Shown one piece after another: positions 41,669 to 50,902 of a stretch of 64,000 bases of DNA (the first letter of the stretch is position 1; each line of letters opens with the position of its first letter). Below the pieces are notes generated by a model. The model was not told where the DNA came from. It saw only the letters and a program-made list of their open reading frames with translations, and ran no database searches. Both the position numbers and the translations under genes were made by a program. Location of the stretch: IMG/VR virus record IMGVR_UViG_3300002834_000023. The stretch is one strand, 5' to 3'. This DNA comes from an uncultured virus (IMG/VR IMGVR_UViG_3300002834_000023). Lineage: Duplodnaviria > Heunggongvirae > Uroviricota > Caudoviricetes.

Positions 41669-41953
41669 ATGTCGAAAAAGTTTTGTGCGAATGTAGAGTA
41701 TGTGTATGGCAAAGACCGTTTGGATATTAACCTTTTGGTTAGCGGTGTTATGATTGCCACAAGTAACAAGACAAACAACTCACCAGGGATGAATTTCCTA
41801 TCGGAAAAAGCCATTGACAAGTTTGTTGAGGGCATTTGTAATCAAGACCCCATTAAACAAGTAATGGTTGAATATTCAAGTGAGGACAGTGGGCATGGTT
41901 ACAAGTATTTACCAATTATTTCAAAAAACAGGGTTGTTCGGTGTAGATTTTAA
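41669..41953 (+). CDS. Hypothetical early protein
   Basis: Stop in motif 41950. Confidence 0.7.
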   Translation: MSKKFCANVEYVYGKDRLDINLLVSGVMIATSNKTNNSPGMNFLSEKAIDKFVEGICNQDPIKQVMVEYSSEDSGHGYKYLPIISKNRVVRCRF

Positions 41954-41999
41954 CATCCAGGTTTTGTAAGTTAAAAATAAAAATAGTAATTTTGTAGAG

Positions 42000-42563
42000 A
42001 TATATGACTATCCAAATGTGAGATGTTGATTGTACTTGCATTTTGTACCGAACTACAAATTAAAAGTCTTTTGTAGCTGATAGAATAGATAGGTATCTTT
42101 TTTAGAATCTGTTGTACGTTACAGGAACGTATATGTTTACACTTTGCATCTTGTATTCTGACAAAGGAATAAATAGTGTTGTCAGGGCGAAGGTTAAAAC
42201 AGGGTTAAAGTGCGTGACTTACTAATAATGGATAGTCTTTAGGGTACGGAACCCCTCTTGGAATATTGTGAAGTACGGATTTATCCGTTTGGGCAAGTGA
42301 ATAAATTAAAAAGTTTAATCCCATGCCGTACTGACAAGCGAAACGGATGTAGTTATCAAAGTAGGGTACGTCCATATCTGAAATTTTAATGAAAAAATAA
42401 TAGTACGCTTAATAATAGAAAGAAAATTTGTAAATATTGAGCAAAGGTTTTGTATCTGATAAAGTTTGATTTAGTCTTACATAATCACTACAATTTGGGA
42501 CGTTACAAGTTTAGTTAATCCAATTTTCCGTAACATCTATGTGAAAATTGGATTGATTTTTTT
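42000..42563 (+). ncRNA. Large structured non-coding RNA candidate (about 550 nt)
   Basis: Own promoter (41950), no ORF, GACTATCCA/TGGATAGTC long-range helix, interleaved helices, terminator at 42516-42563. Confidence 0.6.
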
Positions 42564-42667
42564 AACATTTCCAATTATGTTAAAATATGTATAAATAATT
42601 TATTTAACATCCAGTATATTAAATATTATGTAAGTTTTAATATTTTTGTATTAAAGTTATAAAAAAA

Positions 42668-43183
42668 ATGAATACATTAGAGCAACAGCTAAGAATTGAA
42701 ACACAGGATTTGAAAGAATTGTTCCTACAAAAAATGGAACAGTCTGCAAGGAATGAGTTTGAGTATGCCAAAAAGGTTATGGAACGCTCTGTAGCTGATT
42801 GGTGTAAAGTATTCAATTTGGAACCCCGATTGGTTTATGAGGGCAAATATGAATATCCGTATGGTTTTTACAATACACGAAATTCCAAAATATTGTATGA
42901 TACAACAAAAAAGTATCGTTTAATGTATTGGGATGGGTTGGATAAATTAATTAAAACTACCTTACATAAGGCAAATTTGCATTATGAAACATCATTACAA
43001 AAATTGGTTACACGTCTTATTGAAAAAGGATTAACAGACAATAATTTTGAAATAGTTAGTAAAAAGTTGGGTGTCAATTTTGAATTGGTTATCAAGTATG
43101 ATAACAATAAAACCGTCCGTTGTTGGACGATTATAGCCGAAGGCGATATACAACGAGCTCACTACCGATATTTGATTAAATAA
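42668..43183 (+). CDS. Hypothetical early protein
   Basis: TIIAEGDIQRAHYRYLIK C-terminus; after promoter 42604. Confidence 0.8.
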   Translation: MNTLEQQLRIETQDLKELFLQKMEQSARNEFEYAKKVMERSVADWCKVFNLEPRLVYEGKYEYPYGFYNTRNSKILYDTTKKYRLMYWDGLDKLIKTTLHKANLHYETSLQKLVTRLIEKGLTDNNFEIVSKKLGVNFELVIKYDNNKTVRCWTIIAEGDIQRAHYRYLIK

Positions 43184-43204
43184 TTTTAAAACATACATTA
43201 TCTT

Positions 43205-43417
43205 ATGCAAACGAATGATAAACTGATAGAGGCTATTATAGACGGTCTTAGCTTCACGAAAAATCAATGGGATAGTAAGCGAAAAAAATCCGCTTCTTTC
43301 TTTGCAAATAGCACCTTTACAAAACTTGTTGCTGCTGCAATACGGACAAGGGATAAGGAAAATTGCAGTGTACAGGACGTTATTAATAGTTTAAACCAAA
43401 TTTATGAAATAATTTAA
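43205..43417 (+). CDS. Hypothetical protein
   Basis: Stop in motif 43414. Confidence 0.65.
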   Translation: MQTNDKLIEAIIDGLSFTKNQWDSKRKKSASFFANSTFTKLVAAAIRTRDKENCSVQDVINSLNQIYEII

Positions 43418-43491
43418 CATCCAGTATATTAAAAATTGGATAAGATTTATTACTTTTGTGGTATAGTTTAACAATTAAAAAACAAACGAAA

Positions 43492-43878
43492 ATGAGAAAA
43501 GTAAGAAAGGACGACAGAGAATACAGGGGTTATTTATCCCATATTGGATTGGATGCCATGTGCCATATTGGTGAAGGTGTCCACAAAAAATTAAAAATAA
43601 AAAGTGTTGTAAAAGATACTTATGCGGGTGTAAAACATTTATTACCCATACATTATGTTACGGATATGGGAGCTTTTTGGGTTGGTACATGCCATATCAT
43701 TGATCAGCACCAATTAAATTTGGCAAATGATTTTGGCATTAATCATGGTGATGAAATACGGTATAATTCCAATGGGGGAGTCAAAACTGCAATCGTTTTA
43801 CATCTTTATAGCGGTTCGGGTGGAAAATGTGTACAAATTGAAGCTAGTAGTTTTGTCAATATTGAAGATATAATTTAA
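43492..43878 (+). CDS. Hypothetical early protein
   Basis: Stop in motif 43875. Confidence 0.7.
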   Translation: MRKVRKDDREYRGYLSHIGLDAMCHIGEGVHKKLKIKSVVKDTYAGVKHLLPIHYVTDMGAFWVGTCHIIDQHQLNLANDFGINHGDEIRYNSNGGVKTAIVLHLYSGSGGKCVQIEASSFVNIEDII

Positions 43879-43948
43879 CATCCAGTACAAATAAACTTAC
43901 ATAATTTTTTGTATCTTTGTATTGTAAAACAATTAAACAGTTAAAACA

Positions 43949-44305
43949 ATGGAAAAATTTAAGACTTATACACAGTTAGAAAATGAGGCAAAAGCCAAAA
44001 GTAAGGTGTACAAAGATATACGTTACTATCATATAAAAGGTGGGGAAGTATATTTTTGTAATAAAAAAGATATTCGGTGTGAATATTCTTTTTTTAGGGT
44101 TTGCAGCGATTTGAATGACCAGGCAATCAGAGCCTATATTGATGCAAGCATTGAATATCTTACAAACGCTGCTGATGTGGAAACCCGCTCACAAATGAAA
44201 TCTGACTATGACAATTTGAAAAAGCAAATTGAGGATCTTAGCGCACAAATGGCTGTTCTCAATGCTGACCACTTTTCAATGTTTAATCAAGTAATTATTA
44301 AATAA
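43949..44305 (+). CDS. Hypothetical early protein
   Basis: After promoter 43875. Confidence 0.75.
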   Translation: MEKFKTYTQLENEAKAKSKVYKDIRYYHIKGGEVYFCNKKDIRCEYSFFRVCSDLNDQAIRAYIDASIEYLTNAADVETRSQMKSDYDNLKKQIEDLSAQMAVLNADHFSMFNQVIIK

Positions 44306-44326
44306 CATTTAAAAACAATAACAACA

Positions 44327-44572
44327 ATGGAACCAATAATTGTAGAAAGCCCAAACTATGGGGAATTAAAAATACAGGAATTTTATGATACCGATGAAAA
44401 TCGTAGTGGTATTGAAGTTTATTATGACAATGGGGAATACATTACAACTGTATGGGGTGAAACAATCCCTGATGTAGATGACCCCGACTATGATGAAATT
44501 ATGGAGGACCTACTCCGTATCATTGATGATGAAATTGAATTAGATTACACAATGGATAAAATTTTAGACTAA
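44327..44572 (+). CDS. Highly acidic small protein
   Basis: About 26 D/E vs about 4 K/R in 81 aa (hand count). Confidence 0.7.
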   Translation: MEPIIVESPNYGELKIQEFYDTDENRSGIEVYYDNGEYITTVWGETIPDVDDPDYDEIMEDLLRIIDDEIELDYTMDKILD

Positions 44573-44758
44573 TATTCTGTTTTTTCATATTGCTTTTTTT
44601 CTCACCCATGCAAGTAGAATTATCCTGCTTGTGTGGGTGATCCGTTTTATGTATGTACTCAAATGAGTATAATGGTATGTTAAAATATGTATAATTTTTA
44701 ATTTTAACATCCAGTTTATATAATATTAGATAAATTTTTGTACTTTTGTATTGTAAGA

Positions 44759-44921
44759 GAGTGAAGACAGTGTAATGTTTATGGGAATGTGAAATACCCC
44801 TCGTGGCTTTGTGCGTAAATTGGTCGAGGGTAAATAGAATAAAGCACTGTAGCCATTAATAGTGGAAATTATTAAAGGTAGCGTTGGTTAATCGGGGGTT
44901 CGACTCCCCCTTCACTTACAA
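44759..44921 (+). ncRNA. tRNA-like RNA (acceptor stem + T-arm, no D or anticodon arm, about 163 nt)
   Basis: GAGTGAA/TTCACTT acceptor stem, perfect GGGGG-TTCGACT-CCCCC T-arm, ends ACAA; directly after promoter 44704. Confidence 0.7.
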
Positions 44922-44952
44922 ATATAATAAACAATTAAAAACAGTTAAAGTT

Positions 44953-45399
44953 ATGAAAAAAGGTGATTTTGTTGGTGTTGGAACAATACCATTTACAGAT
45001 AAGGAAATTGATTTAATCAATGAGGCAATGTCCAAAAACCATTTTGGTTTATTTACTATGGCTATCTATTTAGACAAAGCTGGGATTGTTCAAGACGGTT
45101 CTCGTACTTATCAATTAAATTTGTCAGGATACAGACCCATGAAAGATTTGGACAATAATACGTCCATACCATTACGCCATGTGGTTATTGTTCGGAAAAA
45201 CGTTGATAAGGATAATAACATACAATTTTCAAGTAATATTACTTTATTCGGATGGTTCCACAAATACCGTTCAAAAACAAAATGGGATTATACTGAATTG
45301 AAAAACTGTTATACTTATAATACAGATTTATCCACATTGTTGGGGGAAATTATTACAGTTTATTGGAAACATTGTGATTCTTATCTTTACAATTATTAA
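44953..45399 (+). CDS. Hypothetical protein
   Basis: ATG 44953 downstream of the RNA. Confidence 0.7.
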   Translation: MKKGDFVGVGTIPFTDKEIDLINEAMSKNHFGLFTMAIYLDKAGIVQDGSRTYQLNLSGYRPMKDLDNNTSIPLRHVVIVRKNVDKDNNIQFSSNITLFGWFHKYRSKTKWDYTELKNCYTYNTDLSTLLGEIITVYWKHCDSYLYNY

Positions 45400-45418
45400 C
45401 ATTTTAAACTTATATAAT

Positions 45419-45652
45419 ATGAAATATATTGTGGAATTTAATGGTTGTTTGACAGAAGTAAAAACCCTTAGAGAGGGTTTGGATTTTGTTCAAAACAGAT
45501 ATTTACAGTTGAAAAATACACACGAAAAATCAGACAAATATTGTTTTATTTCTAATCAATTTGGAAACCCTGTACATCATCGTTGTTATTCAATGGATAA
45601 AAAGGGTACATTTATCAGAAGAAAAGTAAGTGATATTGTAGAAAGATTTTAA
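45419..45652 (+). CDS. Hypothetical protein
   Basis: Stop in motif 45649. Confidence 0.65.
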   Translation: MKYIVEFNGCLTEVKTLREGLDFVQNRYLQLKNTHEKSDKYCFISNQFGNPVHHRCYSMDKKGTFIRRKVSDIVERF

Positions 45653-45726
45653 CATCCAGCAAAAACAATCTTATGTAATTTTTAGTACTTTTGTATTAAG
45701 ATTAACAAATTAAAAAATTAAAAGTC

Positions 45727-45954
45727 ATGGATAAAAATCCCGATTTCTCAAACGAAAAATTACTGAAAGACTATTTGAATGGTTGTCGTGGTAGTGATGA
45801 AGAATGTATCGAAATTACCTTTATTGGTACAGTTGGTAGTGGGTATAATGTAAGTTATACTTATTTAAAAAATGGTTTTGAATGTAGTTATCATAATTAT
45901 TATATTAGTATTTTGGATTTATTATCATTTATTCATTTTCAAATTAATCAATAA
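45727..45954 (+). CDS. Hypothetical early protein
   Basis: After promoter 45649. Confidence 0.65.
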   Translation: MDKNPDFSNEKLLKDYLNGCRGSDEECIEITFIGTVGSGYNVSYTYLKNGFECSYHNYYISILDLLSFIHFQINQ

Positions 45955-45959
45955 ACATT

Positions 45960-46172
45960 ATGAAAAATAGGATTGAAGTATATGATTTTAGGTTTAGACC
46001 TGTTGGTTATGGTCATTATCAAGTAACCTATACATCCCCAAAAACAAAAAAGTCTTGGACTTGTGTAACAAGTGATATGCCTTTGATTGATGCCACAAAA
46101 AACAGTGATGCACCAAAAGTAAAAGATTTGAATATTCTCAAAAGAAAGTGTAAAGAATTTGATATTGCATAG
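45960..46172 (+). CDS. Hypothetical protein
   Basis: GYGHYQVTYTSP...DMPLIDATKN. Confidence 0.7.
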   Translation: MKNRIEVYDFRFRPVGYGHYQVTYTSPKTKKSWTCVTSDMPLIDATKNSDAPKVKDLNILKRKCKEFDIA

Positions 46173-46174
46173 TC

Positions 46175-46414
46175 ATGAGTAGAATGAAAAATTTATTATT
46201 ACCTTATGCGCTTATGGCAATGAGTATGGGCAGCGAAGGTTTATTTATGGGAAATGGTCTTATAGGAAAAAGAACCCCCTCAAAAACTGTTCAAAAGCCT
46301 ATTCCTGCGGGTGCTAACAAATTTGAGTATGATGACGGTTTTTCCTGTTATGCTCTTAATCAAAAAAATGCTGACAGAAAACATAATAATTTTTTGAAAA
46401 ATGAAAACAAATAA
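46175..46414 (+). CDS. Hypothetical protein
   Basis: 79-aa ORF. Confidence 0.65.
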   Translation: MSRMKNLLLPYALMAMSMGSEGLFMGNGLIGKRTPSKTVQKPIPAGANKFEYDDGFSCYALNQKNADRKHNNFLKNENK

Positions 46415-46577
46415 CAGATTTTACTATAAAGATAATTGGTGTGGTAATATTCATTACTTTGATACCATTGAGGAGGCACGTGAGAGTGCCAAAAGCGAGG
46501 ACGGTGTAAACATTACCATTTTTGATAATAATGGTGTGGCTGAATTTGTAGAAGCCAACGGATATGTTTATCCATAA
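46401..46577 (+). CDS. Hypothetical protein (58 aa)
   Basis: MKTNNRFYY...; ends 3 nt before motif 46581. Confidence 0.55.
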   Translation: MKTNNRFYYKDNWCGNIHYFDTIEEARESAKSEDGVNITIFDNNGVAEFVEANGYVYP

Positions 46578-46639
46578 ATTTTAACATCCAGAATTTAGAA
46601 AGTAAAAAATAAAGTAGTATCTTTGTATTAGATTTAATT

Positions 46640-46901
46640 GTTGAACCGAGAGTGGTTCCGTTAGAGAATGGTATTTTGCCGGCACTAACCCGATAGAACA
46701 GGACCGTTGAGGTCCGAATGGGTACGAAAACGAACATCCGCTGGCGTATATATTAATGTAGGTTTGATATGGCACGACAGCCCCCGATTGCCGATATGCG
46801 GGGCATACTGACCGCCCGAACATAGTGCGCACAAATTTTTTATGCGGTCGCCGAACATCACCTAACACCCCTGACCATTCAAAGACGGGACCACTTTTTT
46901 T
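46640..46901 (+). ncRNA. GC-rich structured non-coding RNA candidate (about 260 nt)
   Basis: Own promoter (46581); 14-bp closing helix 46648-61/46885-98, further helices, ends in T tract. Confidence 0.7.
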
Positions 46902-46965
46902 ATAAAAAAGGTTTCCCCCATACCTTTTCAAAAATGGGGGTGGTGTGTGGGTATTATTATTCTTG

Positions 46966-46992
46966 GGTTGAATTTACATTCAACCTTTTTTT
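46966..46992 (+). terminator. Intrinsic terminator
   Basis: GGTTGAAT...ATTCAACC + T tract. Confidence 0.6.
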
Positions 46993-47113
46993 AACATTTT
47001 CCATATGTTAAAATATGTATAAAAATAAATTTTAACATCCAGCACAATAAAAATTACATAAGATTTATTATTTTTGTATTAAGATTTTGAACAATAATTT
47101 AAAACATACGAAT

Positions 47114-47380
47114 ATGGTAAAGACTTTTATTACAAAGAACGGATATAAATTAACCATTGGAAAAGATTATGGTTTGCTTCTGACCTTTGGGGAGGGTGGT
47201 TATGTAAGTGGTTTTGTACATGAAGATGGTATGGTATTTGGTAATGGTGCGCAATGGGCAGCAGGTATGCTTGGGGAGGCTTATGCCGAATACTTAAATA
47301 AAAATGAAGATGCTTTTCAAGCAAATTTTGACAGGACAACTCGTTGGTGGCAAGAAAGGGCAAATAGGGGATTAATATAA
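47114..47380 (+). CDS. Hypothetical early protein
   Basis: After promoter 47032. Confidence 0.7.
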   Translation: MVKTFITKNGYKLTIGKDYGLLLTFGEGGYVSGFVHEDGMVFGNGAQWAAGMLGEAYAEYLNKNEDAFQANFDRTTRWWQERANRGLI

Positions 47381-47391
47381 TAAAAAAAGCT

Positions 47392-47592
47392 ATGAAACAG
47401 TTTATTACAGGAACAGATTATTATGCAGAAGGTTTTGATGTACCAATAACTGTATTTAAAAAAACAGATAAAAATTTATTTGTATATCACAAGCATTTAG
47501 ATGCTACTCCAAATGTAAGACGTGTTAAAATCCGTATTAATTTACTTGGAAATGAGTTTGTCAAAATTAATGATGCGGTATTTTTAGCTTAA
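47392..47592 (+). CDS. Hypothetical protein
   Basis: 66-aa ORF. Confidence 0.6.
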   Translation: MKQFITGTDYYAEGFDVPITVFKKTDKNLFVYHKHLDATPNVRRVKIRINLLGNEFVKINDAVFLA

Positions 47593-47669
47593 TTTTAACA
47601 TCCAGTATCATAAAGTTTATGTAAGATTTAATATCTTTGTAGTATAGAACAACAAAATAAAAAACAGAT

Positions 47670-48107
47670 ATGAAAAAAGCAAAACAGGAAATTGCCTTAT
47701 GGCAAGATATAAGAAGAATGAAAGCCTTTTTAAAGGTGTATACAACACACATACCTAATGGCTGTAAATTTAATCCAGGTGTAAAATCGGATTATGCTGT
47801 AACAACCTGTGAGGGACACAAAGTAAATTTTTGGTTCGATGATGAAGGGAAAACCTTATCCTATGGAATTGTTGGTGTTGGTATTAATGCCTGTATTGAA
47901 TATGAAAAATTGGATAAAGTTTATATAGCAAAAAATGACAGTGATGCGTTAAATGAAAACTATTTGTTTTCATGCACAGCAACAGATTTATTGTGTGCCA
48001 TTGTAAACGGTCAAATTGACCCAGTTCAATTAGCAAAAAATGAATTGCAAAATAGGGGTTTTGACAGGAATGGTTTTTGGGTAGGGTTTAACAAAAAAAT
48101 AGCTTAA
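47670..48107 (+). CDS. Hypothetical early protein
   Basis: After promoter 47595. Confidence 0.75.
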   Translation: MKKAKQEIALWQDIRRMKAFLKVYTTHIPNGCKFNPGVKSDYAVTTCEGHKVNFWFDDEGKTLSYGIVGVGINACIEYEKLDKVYIAKNDSDALNENYLFSCTATDLLCAIVNGQIDPVQLAKNELQNRGFDRNGFWVGFNKKIA

Positions 48108-48111
48108 AAAT

Positions 48112-48333
48112 ATGAAAAGAGATCCAAAATGTGCCGTAAAGGTAGAAAATTTAGTGGCTGGCAAAGAATACTATTACTTTGATATGGAAGATGAATATCC
48201 ATTGACTATTAAGTATATTGAAATGATAGTAATGTTCGGGTGCGATACTTATCTATTTGGAATAGAGGGTGATGATGTTCAAAATTTAGATTTTTCTAAA
48301 AGTGGTGTTGAAGAATTTATTGAAGAAATTTAA
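48112..48333 (+). CDS. Hypothetical protein, paralog of 58690..58881
   Basis: KVENLVAGKEYYY...GVEEFIEEI vs [13 protein letters not shown]...[10 protein letters not shown]. Confidence 0.65.
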   Translation: MKRDPKCAVKVENLVAGKEYYYFDMEDEYPLTIKYIEMIVMFGCDTYLFGIEGDDVQNLDFSKSGVEEFIEEI

Positions 48334-48405
48334 CATCCAGTAAAAAAAATCTTATCTAATTTTTATTACTTTTGTAACAGTAATAACCAATTAAAAAAAA
48401 ACAAT

Positions 48406-48651
48406 ATGAAAAATCGGTATTTTAACAAGTTAGAAATTGAGGGTTTGAAATCAATTTATGGGCTTACCAATATATCTTTCAAGTTTTCAAGAAACAAGAT
48501 TGTTTTGGTAAAAGGACAATCAGAAACCTTTAAAAGTTTTTTAAGTAGCGAACATGGCGAATTAGGTATTGTGATTACTGCTGACAAAGATTATTTTACA
48601 CTTAACCATGCAGGTTATAAAATGATTACGATTGAAAAAATTAACAATTAA
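48406..48651 (+). CDS. Hypothetical early protein
   Basis: After promoter 48330. Confidence 0.65.
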   Translation: MKNRYFNKLEIEGLKSIYGLTNISFKFSRNKIVLVKGQSETFKSFLSSEHGELGIVITADKDYFTLNHAGYKMITIEKINN

Positions 48652-48663
48652 AATAATAAAAAA

Positions 48664-48861
48664 ATGAAAAAGTATGTTACCATTTTGTTCCAACGGAACG
48701 TTGATACAGACGAATGTACAGATTTAGTTGGTGTATTTGTAAACAGAGAAACGGCTGAAAAATCTGCCATTGCTTTAAATGAAATGTTGGGTATAGAACC
48801 TGATAATTTCTATGACTACGAATTTTCCGAATTTGAATTAGATCACAATTATTATCTTTAA
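48664..48861 (+). CDS. Acidic hypothetical protein
   Basis: 65-aa ORF. Confidence 0.6.
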   Translation: MKKYVTILFQRNVDTDECTDLVGVFVNRETAEKSAIALNEMLGIEPDNFYDYEFSEFELDHNYYL

Positions 48862-49045
48862 TCAGAACCTTGTTCTTTAATTTTTTTATATCATTGTATT
48901 TGAAAAATGGTTTTTTCCGAATAGGATTAAACCATTTTTTTTCTCATAGATATGTGTTAAAATATGTATAAATAATTTTTTTAACATCCAGAATAAAATA
49001 AATTGCATAAGATTTAATATTTTTGTATTATATAAACAATTAAAA

Positions 49046-49789
49046 ATGACGATTATGGCTTATACGGAAGAAATTTTGTCGGGAAACGGAGTAACTGTTA
49101 TAGGTAGGACACTCAATAGAAATACCAAAAACGAAATTCATAAAACCTATGATGGGTTTGAATATACTGTTTTCAAGTGCGAAAATAGTGATGTAAACCC
49201 TTACCATTACAGGGGTTGTCTTGTAATCGTTTATGACGGTGTAGCCTTAACAAATGGTCAGGGTATTCATTATGATCGGGGTGAACCATTTAAACGTATT
49301 AAAGACTTAAATGATTGTTGCAATGAATTTCACAAAAGATATGTTAGACTTGATATGAATCCAATAAAAGTATCCGATTATGTTAAACAAATTAAAGGGA
49401 CAAGTGAGAGAAAACAATTTATCAGTTTTTTAAGTAACCAATATCCACAGGAATATTACAATGATTTAGACAAGTTTGTAAAATTCATGGAAAAATTTGA
49501 AATGGGTTTGGGTGACATTGAGGGCTATTTTACACCTGAAAAGGACGAACTTGTTGAAACCTTTAATGACCTTCGTGAATTAGTGATATATAATCTTATT
49601 ATTGGTATTGGTTATTCAGTGGCAGAAAAATTAGACAAATTAGACCATTTTGACAATACCACATTGTTTATTAATGTAGATTACCATTATGATGAAAATG
49701 AGGGTAGGTTGCGTATTAGTAACTGTTTAGTTTTAGATTTAAAACAGTTTGAGTTATGTTTGAAACCAATTATCCGAAAGTTATTTTAA
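49046..49789 (+). CDS. Hypothetical early protein
   Basis: 247 aa; stop in motif 49786. Confidence 0.8.
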   Translation: MTIMAYTEEILSGNGVTVIGRTLNRNTKNEIHKTYDGFEYTVFKCENSDVNPYHYRGCLVIVYDGVALTNGQGIHYDRGEPFKRIKDLNDCCNEFHKRYVRLDMNPIKVSDYVKQIKGTSERKQFISFLSNQYPQEYYNDLDKFVKFMEKFEMGLGDIEGYFTPEKDELVETFNDLRELVIYNLIIGIGYSVAEKLDKLDHFDNTTLFINVDYHYDENEGRLRISNCLVLDLKQFELCLKPIIRKLF

Positions 49790-49857
49790 CATCCAGCATA
49801 CTAAATTAAATAGGAATTTTTATATCTTTGTATTATAATAATTCAAAAACAAACAAT

Positions 49858-50190
49858 ATGAAAGAAAAGGGTTTATTATTAAAAAGAGTTTACGGCGTTG
49901 ATTACAATGCAACAAACTGTGTAAACTATTTGAAGGATTTGGTTGGGGTAAATGTTACTCATGTAGAATATTTGGAACAAAGTAGCTCCGCAGGTGATTG
50001 GTCAGGATTTTTTATCCAAAAGTACAATCGAAGAAGTTATGTTATTCTTTTCTCACAAGAAAACAACTGGCCCAATCGGGGATTTACTCTTTACACAGGT
50101 GAAAAACCATTTTGGGATATTCCAGGTGATTTTAATCGAAACACCTTAGAAGAAGTAAGAATGTTAATTTGTGGCGAATATTATTCATAA
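49858..50190 (+). CDS. Hypothetical early protein
   Basis: SSAGDWSG...FSQENN. Confidence 0.7.
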   Translation: MKEKGLLLKRVYGVDYNATNCVNYLKDLVGVNVTHVEYLEQSSSAGDWSGFFIQKYNRRSYVILFSQENNWPNRGFTLYTGEKPFWDIPGDFNRNTLEEVRMLICGEYYS

Positions 50191-50193
50191 ACA

Positions 50194-50499
50194 ATGAAAA
50201 AAGATAGTGTATCAATTTATGATATAAAGAAAAATAAACTTATTTGGGGGATTGAACAATGTATGAGTGGTTTGTTCCCCCGAAAAGTTTTTTTGGGGGA
50301 AAATTATAAATTGAAATTTGAAGATTTTAACAAGGACTCTATTGAAGAAGAATTGTATGTTGTTGGATGTGGTAATGCTTCTTTTGTTGTGGATTATCAA
50401 AATTCAGAAACTTATACTTTATCATCTTTGGATTTGAATACATTGGAAGAAATTTTATTTTTTACCAATACTTTATTAGAATCTGTACAAAACAGTTAA
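50194..50499 (+). CDS. Hypothetical protein
   Basis: 101-aa ORF. Confidence 0.65.
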   Translation: MKKDSVSIYDIKKNKLIWGIEQCMSGLFPRKVFLGENYKLKFEDFNKDSIEEELYVVGCGNASFVVDYQNSETYTLSSLDLNTLEEILFFTNTLLESVQNS

Positions 50500-50820
50500 A
50501 TGTACTCAAATGAGTATAAAAAATTTTATAAAATGGACATAAAAAATATTACAAGACGTTTAAAATTAATTGGTGGTATTAAGTTTGATAATTTGGATTG
50601 GGACATAAAACGTGAAAAAAGTAAAAGTTCTATGGCTGATTATGATTTTTTCCAAATTATTCACAAAATGGTTAAAATTTGGGAAGAAGAAAAAGATACT
50701 TGTTCTGAAAGTGATGATGAATTATGTCAATTATGTATTGATAGTTTAAACTTTCTTTATGATAATTTAGATAATGAACATTTGGACGAATTGCTTGAAC
50801 TATATGATCTGTTATCATAA
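50500..50820 (+). CDS. Hypothetical protein
   Basis: True start may be ATG 50533, after palindrome 50503. Confidence 0.6.
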   Translation: MYSNEYKKFYKMDIKNITRRLKLIGGIKFDNLDWDIKREKSKSSMADYDFFQIIHKMVKIWEEEKDTCSESDDELCQLCIDSLNFLYDNLDNEHLDELLELYDLLS

Positions 50821-50902
50821 ATTTTAACATCCAGAACAAATAAAATTAGATAAGATTTAGTACTTTTGTGGTAAAAGTTAAACAAATAAAAAACAAAACA
50901 AT

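Noticed and set aside
44759..44921. tmRNA
   Set aside because: Only ~163 nt, no G3:U70 pair, no tag reading frame recognised
46513..46931. Minus-strand ORFs 46513..46737 and 46581..46931
   Set aside because: Antisense to a promoter-driven structured GC-rich segment; open frames are explained by locally low stop frequency
28238..47015. dif/pdif sites (TTATGTTAAA matches the XerD arm)
   Set aside because: TTAACAT...ATGTTAA gaps are 7-9 nt, not the 10 needed for 11-6-11 geometry, and there is no consistent XerC arm; kept only as a resemblance
30840..49800. Classical integron attC sites (TTTTAAC resembles RYYYAAC)
   Set aside because: No downstream GTTRRRY-closed hairpin per cassette and no integrase in the window; the motif is fixed relative to a promoter box
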